The position numbers and the translations under genes are program-made. Of a stretch of 64,000 nt of DNA, positions 45,954 through 55,813 are shown piece by piece (position 1 is the stretch's first letter; each line of letters starts with the position of its first letter). The notes beneath the pieces were generated by a model, which saw only the letters and a list, made by a program, of their open reading frames with translations, searched no databases and was not told where the DNA came from. This stretch comes from Candidatus Jidaibacter sp. (GTDB lineage: Bacteria; Pseudomonadota; Alphaproteobacteria; Rickettsiales; Midichloriaceae), in NCBI GenBank assembly GCA_021299995.1, contig JAJTIA010000025.1, positions 1,294 through 65,293 of the forward strand, written 5' to 3'.

Positions 45954-48527
45954 TTATAAGAAGATTATTTCTTTATCATTCCCTGAGATCTTGATTTTTG
46001 ATCCTTCTCTTATTTCTCCTCCTAATATTTTCTCAGCAAGTTTATTCTGAAGATCAGTTTGTATCACGCGTTTTAAAGGGCGTGCACCATAGACAGGGTC
46101 ATACCCTTTGGCGGCTATAAACTCGATCGCTTTATCATCTATCTCTATGATCATGCCTTTTTCTTCTAGCATATTTTTTAGACGCTCTATCTGTATTCGT
46201 ACTATATCTCCCATAAACCTAGCTTCTAGTTTATTGAAGATGATTATGTCATCTAGCCTGTTTAAGAATTCTGGCTTAAATGCCTTGCGCACAACGTTCA
46301 TCACTTGCGAGCTCAAGTCAGAATCATTGGCTGCAAACTCATTGCTTTTTGCTATAAACTCTGAGCCCAAGTTTGATGTTAAGATGATTATTGTATTCCT
46401 GAAATCTACAGTTTTTCCTTGGCTATCTGTAAGCCTACCCTCGTCTAGTACTTGCAATAATATGTTAAACACATCTGGATGCGCTTTTTCTACCTCATCG
46501 AACAGTATGACCTGATATGGCCTACGCCTTACTGCTTCTGTGAGTGCACCTCCCTCTTCATATCCAACGTATCCTGGGGGTGCGCCAACTAAACGAGACA
46601 CTGCATGCCGCTCCATGTATTCAGACATATCGATCCTAAGCATTGCTTTTGGATCATCGAATAAGAATCTAGCTAACGCCTTAGCAAGCTCGGTTTTACC
46701 TACTCCTGTTGGGCCTAAAAACATAAACGACCCAATTGGGCGTTCTGTATCAGATAGGCCAGCTCTTGAGCGTTTGACCGCGTCACATACAAGTTTTACG
46801 GCATGGTCTTGGCCTACCACGAACTTCTTAATATGCTCATCCATACTTTTGATCTTGTCACGCTCGGATTCAAGCATTTTAGATACAGGAATCCCTGTCC
46901 ATTTTGCAAGTACTGAAGCTATGTCCTCTTCAGTCACATCTTCTTGCAGCATACGCGATGCTTTGGTATCTACTGCGTCCTTTAATTTAGCCTCTAGGCC
47001 TGGAATTGTACCGTAGATGATCTCACTGGCTTTTTCTAAGTTACCAGCACGTTGAGCTATCTCTAGCTCTATCTTTGCTGAATCAAGCTTCTCTTTTAAT
47101 GCCTTGACCTCACCAAGTTTTAGCTTTTGCGCTTGCCATTTGGACGTGAGATCTAGAGACTTGGATTGAAGAGAGTCAAGCTCTTCTTTTAAATCTTTTA
47201 GTCTATCTTGAGAAGCCTTGTCGGTTTCTTTAGATAGTGCCATTTCTTCCATCCTAAGCTGTGTGATTTTGCGGTCTATTACATCTACCTCTTCAGGTTT
47301 ACTATCTACCTGCATGCGCAGTCTACTCGCAGCTTCATCAACCAAGTCTATAGCTTTGTCTGGTAAAAAGCGGTCTGCAACATACCTATGCGATAATACT
47401 GCTGCTGCAACCAAGGCTTTATCGGTTATTCTGATACCATGGTGCACTTCATATTTTTCTTTGAGCCCACGTAGTATAGATATTGTGGTATCTACATCTG
47501 GCTCACCAACATATACAGTCTGAAATCTACGTGCGAGTGCTGCATCCTTTTCAATATATTTGCGATATTCATCAAGAGTAGTGGCGCCGATGCAGTGGAG
47601 TTCTCCACGGGCTAGCGCTGGTTTTAGCAGGTTGGATGCGTCCATGGAGCCTTGGGCTGCGCCTGCCCCAACTATTGTGTGTAGCTCATCTATGAATAAA
47701 ATCACTTTGCCAGTTGCACCAGCTATCTCGTTGAGCAGGGCTTTCAATCTCTCCTCAAACTCTCCTCTAAACTTAGCGCCAGCTATCATTGCACCTAAAT
47801 CGAGCACCATCACTTCTTGATTTAAAAGGTTTTCAGGAGCATCTTGCAAAACAATCCTTTGTGCTAAACCCTCTACTATAGCGGTTTTACCAACGCCTGG
47901 CTCACCAATTAACACAGGATTGTTCTTTATTCTGCGCGACAGCACTTGCATAGTGCGTCGTATTTCCTCATCTCTACCGATTACAGGATCGAGCTTTCCT
48001 TTACGTGCCAGTTCTGTGAGGTTTTTAGTATACTTTTTGAGGGCATCCATTGTATCTTCGGCGTTTTGGCTATCAACCCTTCTACCTTTTCGCATTTCAT
48101 CTATCGCGGTTGATATGCGTGCCTCTGTGATCCCTTGTAACGCAAATATTTTAAATACATTTGTTTCTTTAATTGATGCGATTGCGTGTAATATGCGCTC
48201 TACAGATGTAAAGCTGTCCCCAGCCTTTTTAGCAAACTCTTGAGATGCGTTAAGAACTTTTAGAGTGGAATTATCCATCATTACCTGAGATGCCCCGCTA
48301 CCTGAGACCTTCGGCTCTTTTGCCAGCAAATCAGCAAGATCTGTCTCTAACTTCTCTAGGTTGCAGTTTACAGACTTAAGGATGCCCATAATAATTCCTG
48401 TGTCATCTTTGAGCAATGCTTGCATTAAGTGTTCGGGCAGGAATCTCTGGTTATTTGCTAAAACAGCAGCTGTTTGTGCATTCTGTATAAGTGCGCGTGA
48501 TTTTTCTGTGAATTGGTCAAAGTTCAT
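45954..48527 (-). CDS. clpB: ATP-dependent chaperone ClpB
   Basis: 857 aa. Two AAA+ modules ([16 protein letters not shown]), a middle coiled-coil domain and an N-terminal Clp repeat domain. Confidence 0.95.
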   Translation of the reverse strand: MNFDQFTEKSRALIQNAQTAAVLANNQRFLPEHLMQALLKDDTGIIMGILKSVNCNLEKLETDLADLLAKEPKVSGSGASQVMMDNSTLKVLNASQEFAKKAGDSFTSVERILHAIASIKETNVFKIFALQGITEARISTAIDEMRKGRRVDSQNAEDTMDALKKYTKNLTELARKGKLDPVIGRDEEIRRTMQVLSRRIKNNPVLIGEPGVGKTAIVEGLAQRIVLQDAPENLLNQEVMVLDLGAMIAGAKFRGEFEERLKALLNEIAGATGKVILFIDELHTIVGAGAAQGSMDASNLLKPALARGELHCIGATTLDEYRKYIEKDAALARRFQTVYVGEPDVDTTISILRGLKEKYEVHHGIRITDKALVAAAVLSHRYVADRFLPDKAIDLVDEAASRLRMQVDSKPEEVDVIDRKITQLRMEEMALSKETDKASQDRLKDLKEELDSLQSKSLDLTSKWQAQKLKLGEVKALKEKLDSAKIELEIAQRAGNLEKASEIIYGTIPGLEAKLKDAVDTKASRMLQEDVTEEDIASVLAKWTGIPVSKMLESERDKIKSMDEHIKKFVVGQDHAVKLVCDAVKRSRAGLSDTERPIGSFMFLGPTGVGKTELAKALARFLFDDPKAMLRIDMSEYMERHAVSRLVGAPPGYVGYEEGGALTEAVRRRPYQVILFDEVEKAHPDVFNILLQVLDEGRLTDSQGKTVDFRNTIIILTSNLGSEFIAKSNEFAANDSDLSSQVMNVVRKAFKPEFLNRLDDIIIFNKLEARFMGDIVRIQIERLKNMLEEKGMIIEIDDKAIEFIAAKGYDPVYGARPLKRVIQTDLQNKLAEKILGGEIREGSKIKISGNDKEIIFL

Positions 48528-48553
48528 AAACTATACCTATCGTTTCTATTTTA

Positions 48554-48583
48554 TGATATAGTGCCACAACAATGCATTTCAAG
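48554..48583 (-). promoter_or_regulatory. candidate sigma-32 (RpoH)-type heat-shock promoter of clpB
   Basis: The minus strand reads CTTGAA-N16-CTATATCA, ending 27 nt before the clpB ATG. This resembles the alphaproteobacterial RpoH consensus (CTTG ... CYTATNT). Confidence 0.4.
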
Positions 48584-49505
48584 TATACCAAAGTTGAAAC
48601 AGAATAATAAAATCGATGCGCTCAATCTAAGTGGATGGCTTGCTATAGATAAGCCAAAAAATATGACATCTGTAGATGTGCTTGCGATTATAAAGCGAAT
48701 GATTAAATTTAAGAAAATAGGGCATGCTGGTACATTGGACCCTGATGCAACTGGCGTACTGCTGATAGCGGTAGGTGAGGCAACAAAGCTTGTAGAACTC
48801 GCAATGAATAAAGTGAAACGATATCGCTTTACTATAAAATTTGGTCAATCAACGGATACACTAGATGCTGCAGGGAGAGTGCTTGAAGAGGACGATAGGT
48901 TGCCAGATGAGAGCGCTCTTAAAGTTGCACTAAAAAATCATTTAGGCAAACGGATGCAGGTTCCACCGGCATATTCTGCAATCAAAGTTAACGGCAAAAG
49001 AGCTTATGATATGGCAAGAGAGAATATATCATTTGAGCTAAAAGGGCGCGAAGTCCAGCTTTTTGATGGTGAGATTACTATGGTGTCTAGCGATGAGGCA
49101 GAATGTGAGATCACATGTGGCAGAGGTTATTACGTGCGTTCATTGATGCGCGATATATGTAAAAATTGCGGTGTTTTAGGCCATGTTTCCTCGCTTCGTA
49201 GAACTAAAGTAGGTAAATTTGAAGAGGATGATGCAATTTTACTGGAAGATTTCAAAACTTTAGTGCATAATGTGGGCAAGCCTAGTTTAGAAAACTTAAT
49301 TAGGCCATTAGACGCTGTGCTGGACGACATCTTAGTGCAGCAGGTTTCGGCGAACAACGCCCTAAAACTTAAACAAGGTCAAAAACTTCTGTTAGATAAC
49401 TATAGAGAAAGTGACGTTGTATTAGCAAAGTGTGAAAATGAAATTATCGCAATTTGTAAGTTTGAAGAAGGGTTGTTGAAGCCAAAAACTGTTTTTAATT
49501 TATAA
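48561..49505 (+). CDS. truB: tRNA pseudouridine(55) synthase
   Basis: GWLAIDKPKNMTSVDVL...GHAGTLDPDATGVLLIAVGEATKL. The in-frame GTG at 48561 (or TTG near 48594) is preferred, because the track start at 48513 overlaps the clpB start. Confidence 0.88.
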   Translation: MPQQCISSIPKLKQNNKIDALNLSGWLAIDKPKNMTSVDVLAIIKRMIKFKKIGHAGTLDPDATGVLLIAVGEATKLVELAMNKVKRYRFTIKFGQSTDTLDAAGRVLEEDDRLPDESALKVALKNHLGKRMQVPPAYSAIKVNGKRAYDMARENISFELKGREVQLFDGEITMVSSDEAECEITCGRGYYVRSLMRDICKNCGVLGHVSSLRRTKVGKFEEDDAILLEDFKTLVHNVGKPSLENLIRPLDAVLDDILVQQVSANNALKLKQGQKLLLDNYRESDVVLAKCENEIIAICKFEEGLLKPKTVFNL

Positions 49506-49522
49506 ATGTAAGGAGTATCACG

Positions 49523-49792
49523 ATGTCGATTACTAAAGAAAGAAAGTTAGAGTTAGTTAAAGAATATGGCAATGGTGCAAGCGATACAGGTTCTGTAGAA
49601 GTGCAGTGCGCTATCTTTTCTGAAAGAATCAGAAACTTAACTGGCCACATGAACGGCAGCAAAAAAGACTTCCAAGCAAGACGTGGATTAATCCATCTTG
49701 TAACTCAAAGAAGAAAATTGTTGCAATACTTACAAAGAAATGATCAAAACAAATATCAGGATCTAATAAAAAGATTAGGTATAAGAAAATAG
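49523..49792 (+). CDS. rpsO: 30S ribosomal protein S15
   Basis: 89 aa. GSVEVQCAIFSERIRNLTGHM...KKDFQARRGL is canonical S15. Confidence 0.95.
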   Translation: MSITKERKLELVKEYGNGASDTGSVEVQCAIFSERIRNLTGHMNGSKKDFQARRGLIHLVTQRRKLLQYLQRNDQNKYQDLIKRLGIRK

Positions 49793-49823
49793 GTGACCTC
49801 TTAATATTTTGGTTTGAAATTAT

Positions 49824-49862
49824 AGATGCGCCGGAGTCACTTGGCGCATCTGCTATATTTAT
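49824..49862 (+). terminator. rpsO-pnp intergenic hairpin (attenuator or RNase III-type processing stem)
   Basis: AGATGCGCC-ggagtcactt-GGCGCATCT (perfect 9 bp) followed by a T-rich stretch, 16 nt before the pnp ATG region. Confidence 0.55.
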
Positions 49863-49877
49863 TTAAAGGAAAAAAGA

Positions 49878-52211
49878 ATGTTTGAAAGATTTGCTCGTAA
49901 AGAAATTCAATTTGGAAACGAGAAAATAATACTGGAAACAGGTAAAATAGCCCGTCAAGCTACAAAAGCTGTAATGGCTATCATGGGTGAAACAATGGTT
50001 TTATGCTCTGTTGTTGCTACAAAAAAACCTAAGGAAGGAGTTGATTTCTTCCCTCTAGGTGTACACTATCAAGAAAAATTTTATGCAGGTGGAAGAATCC
50101 CTGGTGGATTCTTTAAGCGTGAAGCTAGACCAACAGAGCGAGAAACATTAATCTCAAGGTTAATCGACAGGCCAATCAGGCCTTTGTTCCCAGAAGGGTT
50201 CCATAATGAAGTTCAGGTTATATGTACTCTTGTGTCATATGATCCAAAGCATCAACCAGATATAGTTGCGTTGATCGGTGTATCTGCTGCTCTTACACTA
50301 TCTGGTGTGCCATTTAAAGGCCCAGTAGGTGCTGCAAGAGTTGGTTATGTGAATGGTGAGTTTGTATTAAACTTGGATGCAGAAGAAACTAATGCTAACA
50401 GCTCGTTAGATCTAGTTGTTGCTGGTACAAAAGATGCTGTATTAATGGTTGAGTCCGAAGCTAATCAGCTATCTGAAGAAATTATGCTAGAAGCTGTGAT
50501 GTTTGGTCATAAGGCATTCCAAAGCGTGATAGAAGGCGTTGAACAAATGGCTAAAGAAGCTGGTAACGAGCCTTGGGAAGTTGAGCTAAAAAACAAAGCA
50601 GAATTAATCGCAAAAGTTGAGAAACTAGTTGGTGCAGATGTTGCTAAAGCTTATAAAATCACAGCGAAGCAAGAGCGTAGTTCTAAACTAGATGAGCTTA
50701 AGGTTAAAGTTATAAGCTCAATTTGTGTAGATGAAACTATCTCAGAAAACGAAGCAGTGTCTGCTTTTAAGGCGCTTCAAGCTAATGTTGTAAGATCGCA
50801 AATCTTAGATGATAAATTGCGTATTGATGGTAGAGGTCCTGCTGATATCAGACAAATTGAGAGCGAACTTGATTTGTTGCCAAGAACACATGGATCTGCA
50901 TTGTTCACACGTGGTGAAACACAGGCTTTAGCAGTTACAACGCTTGGTGCTGGTGATGACATGCAAATGATCGATGATATTGAAGGTCAAGGTAAGCAGC
51001 GTTTTATGTTGCACTATAACTTTCCTCCATACTCTGTGGGTGAATGTGGTGCTATGCGCGCTCCTGGTAGACGTGAGATTGGTCATGGTAAGTTGGCTTA
51101 CAGAGCCCTTAAGGCTTTGCTTCCAGCTGAAGATAAATTCCCGTATGTCATTAGAATTGTGTCAGAGATCACAGAATCAAATGGTTCATCATCGATGGCA
51201 ACAGTGTGTGGCGCCTCTATGTCAATGATGTCTGCTGGTGTTCCAATGGAAGCACCGGTTGCAGGAATTGCTATGGGGTTGATTAAAGAAGGTGAAAAAT
51301 TTGCTGTTCTTTCTGATATCATGGGTGATGAAGATCACTTAGGTGATATGGACTTCAAAGTAGCTGGTACAGAAAAAGGTATAACAGCACTACAAATGGA
51401 TATCAAAATCGATGGTATCACAGAAGAAATCATGAAGATTGCACTTGAGCAAGCTAAAGCTGGCAGAGCACATATTCTTGCTGAGATGTCTAAGGCAATT
51501 ACTGCGTCTAGAGAGAATTTATCTGGTCTTGCGCCTCAAATTAAAACAATCCAAATTCCTAAGGAAAAAATTGGTGAGTTGATTGGCCCAGGCGGTAAAA
51601 TGATTAAATCGATCATAGAAGAAGCAGGTGTTAAGATCGACATATCGGATGATGGTAAGGTGAACGTTGCTGCTACAAGCGGCGAAAGCATGGATCTAGC
51701 AGTAAAGTTAATTGGTGATGTGGTTGCAGTTGCAGAGATCGGCAAAATCTACGAAGGTAAAGTAGTGAGAGTTGTAGATTTCGGTGCATTTGTTGCTATC
51801 ATGCGTAATACAGAAGGCTTAGTACATGTAAGCGAAATGGCTAATACTAAAGTTGCCCACCCTAGAGATGTTGTAAAGGAAGGTCAGCAAGTGACTGTTA
51901 AAGTTCTAGACATCGATAAGGTTGGAAAAATCAGGTTAAGCATGAAAGCTGTTCATGAGAATTCAGAAGACAAAAAAAGCCTTGATGATGATACTTCTTC
52001 ATCAAACCAGGAAGTTTCTGTAGAATCTGATGCTCAAACAGATCAAGATCCAAAACAAACTGGAGAAAGATCTGAAAGAGGCGAAAGAAGAGACAGGGAT
52101 AAGAAGAAAAAAGATCGTAGTAGGGATAGTAAGCCTCGATCTAATAACGAAAGATCGCATAGTGATGATGCACCTTCTTCATCTTCTGGTAAAAAACGTA
52201 GATTCTTCTAA
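49878..52211 (+). CDS. pnp: polyribonucleotide nucleotidyltransferase (PNPase) with an ~85-aa charged C-terminal tail
   Basis: Two RNase PH domains (FPPYSVGE), KH and S1 domains. A low-complexity tail follows ([33 protein letters not shown]...). Confidence 0.95.
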   Translation: MFERFARKEIQFGNEKIILETGKIARQATKAVMAIMGETMVLCSVVATKKPKEGVDFFPLGVHYQEKFYAGGRIPGGFFKREARPTERETLISRLIDRPIRPLFPEGFHNEVQVICTLVSYDPKHQPDIVALIGVSAALTLSGVPFKGPVGAARVGYVNGEFVLNLDAEETNANSSLDLVVAGTKDAVLMVESEANQLSEEIMLEAVMFGHKAFQSVIEGVEQMAKEAGNEPWEVELKNKAELIAKVEKLVGADVAKAYKITAKQERSSKLDELKVKVISSICVDETISENEAVSAFKALQANVVRSQILDDKLRIDGRGPADIRQIESELDLLPRTHGSALFTRGETQALAVTTLGAGDDMQMIDDIEGQGKQRFMLHYNFPPYSVGECGAMRAPGRREIGHGKLAYRALKALLPAEDKFPYVIRIVSEITESNGSSSMATVCGASMSMMSAGVPMEAPVAGIAMGLIKEGEKFAVLSDIMGDEDHLGDMDFKVAGTEKGITALQMDIKIDGITEEIMKIALEQAKAGRAHILAEMSKAITASRENLSGLAPQIKTIQIPKEKIGELIGPGGKMIKSIIEEAGVKIDISDDGKVNVAATSGESMDLAVKLIGDVVAVAEIGKIYEGKVVRVVDFGAFVAIMRNTEGLVHVSEMANTKVAHPRDVVKEGQQVTVKVLDIDKVGKIRLSMKAVHENSEDKKSLDDDTSSSNQEVSVESDAQTDQDPKQTGERSERGERRDRDKKKKDRSRDSKPRSNNERSHSDDAPSSSSGKKRRFF

Positions 52212-52213
52212 TT

Positions 52214-52825
52214 ATGTTTATAACGTTTGAAGGTTGCGAAGGTTCCGGGAAAACCACTCAGGCTAAGATGTTGGTCGAAAGCTTGAAGAGTAAAGGAATT
52301 GACGCAATCTTCACACGCGAGCCTGGTGGATCAGCACTGGCTGAAGAGATTCGTACACTGGTGCTGCGGCAAGAAATAGAAGATCCAATGACAGAATTTT
52401 TACTGATTACAGCAGCTCGTCGTGATCATGTGGAAAAAACAATTAAACCTGCTTTAGCACTAGGAAAGTATGTGATATGCGACAGATTTTTGCATTCTAG
52501 CCTCGCATACCAGGGTTATGCGAAGGGCTTGAATCTAGACCTGATGTCACAGATACATAAACTCTCTGTTGGAGGATTTATGCCAGATGTGACTTTTATA
52601 ATTGATGTAGAGCCAGATATTGCGATTGCTAGGATCAATAAGCATAGAGCTGAGTCTGATATGAATTATTACGATAAAAAAGGCCAAAACTTCCACCAAA
52701 CCATAAGGAATGCCTTTGCTGATATGGCATCATCTTTAAAATATGGGCAAGTTGTGAAGATAGATGGTGAAGGAGACAAGGAAGCAACTGCTGAATCTGT
52801 TTTAAATGCTTTGCGTAATCTTTGA
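52214..52825 (+). CDS. tmk: thymidylate kinase
   Basis: MFITFEGCEGSGKTTQ P-loop and DRF...S.LAYQG motif. Confidence 0.92.
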   Translation: MFITFEGCEGSGKTTQAKMLVESLKSKGIDAIFTREPGGSALAEEIRTLVLRQEIEDPMTEFLLITAARRDHVEKTIKPALALGKYVICDRFLHSSLAYQGYAKGLNLDLMSQIHKLSVGGFMPDVTFIIDVEPDIAIARINKHRAESDMNYYDKKGQNFHQTIRNAFADMASSLKYGQVVKIDGEGDKEATAESVLNALRNL

Positions 52826-52904
52826 TAGAAAGATCTTAAGATATTTTATAGTAAGTTTGATATATTAATTAAGTGCTTGTAACTCATTAAGATTTGCCAA
52901 AATA

Positions 52905-52918
52905 TTGATGTGTATCAT
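52905..52918. promoter_or_regulatory. FNR/CRP-family-like palindrome upstream of cydAB
   Basis: TTGATgtgtATCAT matches 9 of 10 positions of the FNR consensus TTGAT-N4-ATCAA. It lies in the 417-bp gap, about 325 nt upstream of cydA. Confidence 0.25.
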
Positions 52919-53242
52919 AAATTTCTCTAATGATGTAATGCAAGATACCAATTTAATCAAAGAGTTTAGTTTATACAAATCAGATAAAATTCCAGATTTT
53001 AAGATAATAGATGATTTGTATGCCAAGCAAGAATTTTGAGGGCTTTCAACAATTTTAGATCTTAAAAATTGTGATGTGTTGTAAATTAATCCACATGATG
53101 CAATTCAGTTTACTAAAAACTTTTTTAAAGCAAAAAATTTAAAGGCACGCACACTATTTCGTGGTAAATAATATTATTGTTGATAATCTCCTATATATAT
53201 GATCTAATGCTGATAAGATGGGCCCTATATAGGTAGTTTTTT

Positions 53243-54643
53243 ATGGAACTAGATCCTCTACTATTAGCAAGAATTCAATTTGCATTTACGATAAGTTTTC
53301 ACATTATTTTTCCGGCACTTAGCATAGGCTTAGCAAGTTTTTTGGCCGTGCTAGAGATGCTGTGGCTTTTAACATCCAACATCAATTTTAAGCATATATA
53401 TAAGTTTTGGGTGAAGATTTTTGCTGTTTCATTCGGTTTGGGGGTGGTCTCTGGTGTGGTAATGTCATACCAATTTGTTACTATTTGGTCTCCCTTTGCG
53501 GATAAAATATCTAATGTTATAGGTCCGCTTATAAGCTTTGAGGTGCTAACGGCATTTTTCTTAGAGGCATCATTTTTGGGCATCATGTTGTTTGGTTGGG
53601 GGCGAGTTAGCGATAAAATGCACTTTGCAGCAACATGTATAGTTGCATTTGGTACGATTATATCTGCATTTTGGATCTTATCGGCAAATAGCTGGATGCA
53701 CACCCCACAAGGCTTTGCTGTTTTAGAGGATGGTAGGATGATTGCAACTGACTGGTTGGAAGTTATATTTAATCCGTCTTTCCCACATAGGTTTATGCAT
53801 ATGGTCTCAGCTGCATACCTTGCAACTGCATTTTTTGTAGGAGGGGTCGCAGCTTTATATTTACTAAAAAAACAAAATGTGGAGCAAGCAAAAATCATGC
53901 TTTATATGGCGGTATTGATGGCAACATTTCTTGCCCCAATGCAGTTGATAATCGGTCATAGACATGGCGAAAATACAATGGAATATCAACCTGTCAAGGT
54001 TGCAGCGATGGAAGGTAATTGGGATAAGCGTCAATCAGCACCCTTGTTTTTGTTTGGGATACCTAATCAAGAGGAAGAGAAGACTGAATATGGTATTGAG
54101 ATACCTTATGGTGCAAGTGTAGTTTTAACAGGCAGTATGGATGGTGTGATACCGGCTTTAAAAGACTTTCCAAAAGATGAAAGGCCTCCTGTACTACCCA
54201 TTTTTTGGAGCTTTAGAGTGATGGTGGGGATAGGAGTGTTAATGATGATATTAGGCGTTGCGAGCTTCATACAGAGTTTAAGGCATAAATTGTGGGAGAG
54301 TCGTATATTGCAGATCGGATGGGTTGCTATGATGCCATCTGGTATAATTGCAATACTTGCAGGATGGTTTGTAACAGAAATAGGGCGTCAACCTTGGACT
54401 GTATATGGTGTGCTTAGAACAACTCAATCCGTATCACCAGCACTGTCTGGATATCAAGTAGGTTGGTCTTTATTAGCATTTGTGCTCATGTATATTTTTG
54501 TGTTTAGTGCTGGCGTTTATTATATAGCAATTCTTATTAAAAAAGGTGTAATAAAAGCACAATCTGCAGATGATTATTATACACATAGTATTGAAGCTGC
54601 GCCATTCAAATCTGTAAAAATGAAAGGGGGTGAAGATGCTTGA
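53243..54643 (+). CDS. cydA: cytochrome bd ubiquinol oxidase subunit I
   Basis: LARIQFAFTISFHIIFPALSIGLA N-terminus and GRQPW motif. Length 466 aa. Confidence 0.95.
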   Translation: MELDPLLLARIQFAFTISFHIIFPALSIGLASFLAVLEMLWLLTSNINFKHIYKFWVKIFAVSFGLGVVSGVVMSYQFVTIWSPFADKISNVIGPLISFEVLTAFFLEASFLGIMLFGWGRVSDKMHFAATCIVAFGTIISAFWILSANSWMHTPQGFAVLEDGRMIATDWLEVIFNPSFPHRFMHMVSAAYLATAFFVGGVAALYLLKKQNVEQAKIMLYMAVLMATFLAPMQLIIGHRHGENTMEYQPVKVAAMEGNWDKRQSAPLFLFGIPNQEEEKTEYGIEIPYGASVVLTGSMDGVIPALKDFPKDERPPVLPIFWSFRVMVGIGVLMMILGVASFIQSLRHKLWESRILQIGWVAMMPSGIIAILAGWFVTEIGRQPWTVYGVLRTTQSVSPALSGYQVGWSLLAFVLMYIFVFSAGVYYIAILIKKGVIKAQSADDYYTHSIEAAPFKSVKMKGGEDA

Positions 54644-55661
54644 TTTTTCTAATGTATTGGATCTTCCACTTATATGGGCTTTAATAATTGGAGTCGCTAT
54701 ATTTTTGTACGTGTTTTTAGATGGGTTCGATTTAGGTGTAGGTATAATATTTCCATTCGCTCCATCAGAAAGCTGTAGGAACAAAATGATGAACTCAATA
54801 GCTCCATTTTGGGATGGTAACGAAACTTGGTTAGTCCTTGGAGGAGGCGGTCTTTTTGCTGCATTTCCACTAGCATACTCAGTGTTATTACCAGCATTTT
54901 ACATACCTATTATCACGATGCTATTAGGATTGATAATGAGGGGAGTCGCATTTGAATTTAGGTTTAAAGCAGATGAAAATCACGTATGGTTTTGGAATTA
55001 TATATTCCATTTTGGCTCACTTATTGCTGCATTGTGTCAGGGATGTATACTTGGTGCATTTGTAGAAGGAGTAGTTGATGTGACAGGACGAGACTTTACA
55101 GGAGGTTCGTTTGATTGGGCAACAGCATTTTCTATGATAACAGGAATAGCTATGATATTTGGCTATGCGCTATTAGGTGCTACATGGTTGATTATGAAAA
55201 CTACACACATTACCCAAAATTGGGCTAGACAAGTTGCATCCTATGCATTGTTTTTTGTTGGGGTTTTTATGGTGTTTGTAAGTGCAGCTGTACCTTTCAT
55301 TAATAAGGATATAGCTAATCTATGGTTTAGTGTGCCCAACATATACTACCTCTCTATCATTCCACTTACAACATTTGGATTGTTTATATTAACATGGATA
55401 GAGCTGCATAAATCAGGTAATGAATATATGCCATTTCTTTATAGTATATCTATTTTTTTGTTAGGCTATATAGGTTTGGGCCTTAGTATTTTTCCATGGT
55501 TGATTCCTTATAAATACACAATATGGGAAGCTGCAGCTCACAGTCATAGCCTCTCACTGATGTTATGTGGAGTAGCGCCGCTACTACCCATTATTTTAGG
55601 GTATACAGGATATTCTTATTATGTGTTTCGTGGTAAAAGTGGAGATGAAACTCTTTATTGA
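54630..55661 (+). CDS. cydB: cytochrome bd ubiquinol oxidase subunit II
   Basis: Overlaps cydA by 14 nt. LDGFDLGVGI...APFWDGNETWLV are hallmark CydB motifs. Confidence 0.93.
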   Translation: MKMLDFSNVLDLPLIWALIIGVAIFLYVFLDGFDLGVGIIFPFAPSESCRNKMMNSIAPFWDGNETWLVLGGGGLFAAFPLAYSVLLPAFYIPIITMLLGLIMRGVAFEFRFKADENHVWFWNYIFHFGSLIAALCQGCILGAFVEGVVDVTGRDFTGGSFDWATAFSMITGIAMIFGYALLGATWLIMKTTHITQNWARQVASYALFFVGVFMVFVSAAVPFINKDIANLWFSVPNIYYLSIIPLTTFGLFILTWIELHKSGNEYMPFLYSISIFLLGYIGLGLSIFPWLIPYKYTIWEAAAHSHSLSLMLCGVAPLLPIILGYTGYSYYVFRGKSGDETLY

Positions 55662-55707
55662 AAAAATCAAGGCATACTGTCACAGCAACAAAAAAGTGAG
55701 CCAGTAT

Positions 55708-55794
55708 ATGTGGTTCTTTGGCTTGTGGATTATTGGAATGTTGGTATGTGTTATATTATCTTATTCTGTGAAGATGTTGATAAAATGGATCTAA
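55708..55794 (+). CDS. candidate small cyd-operon membrane peptide (CydX/DUF2474-like); start could be the GTG at 55696
   Basis: Manually found 28-aa single-TM ORF MWFFGLWIIGMLVCVILSYSVKMLIKWI, 47 nt after cydB. Position and Trp-flanked TM helix resemble the small subunits encoded after cydB in other proteobacteria. Confidence 0.4.
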   Translation: MWFFGLWIIGMLVCVILSYSVKMLIKWI

Positions 55795-55813
55795 AAAACA
55801 GTCTTTATAAAAA

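Noticed and set aside
46108-48561. Series of plus-strand ORFs (135, 158, 101, 86, 107 and 66 aa) inside clpB
   Set aside because: They are antisense to an unambiguous full-length ClpB. Their translations are Ser/Ile/Leu-rich low complexity, typical of the reverse frame of an AT-rich gene.
52908-53039. 43-aa ORF (MCIINFSNDVMQDTNLIKEFSLYKSDKIPDFKIIDDLYAKQEF) in the cydA upstream gap
   Set aside because: No RBS is evident, there is no hydrophobic or recognisable motif, and the ORF is short. It could be a gene remnant, but that cannot be supported from sequence alone.
53299-53898. 199-aa minus-strand ORF inside cydA
   Set aside because: It lies entirely within the strongly conserved cydA coding frame and has no motifs. 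It is an antisense artefact.
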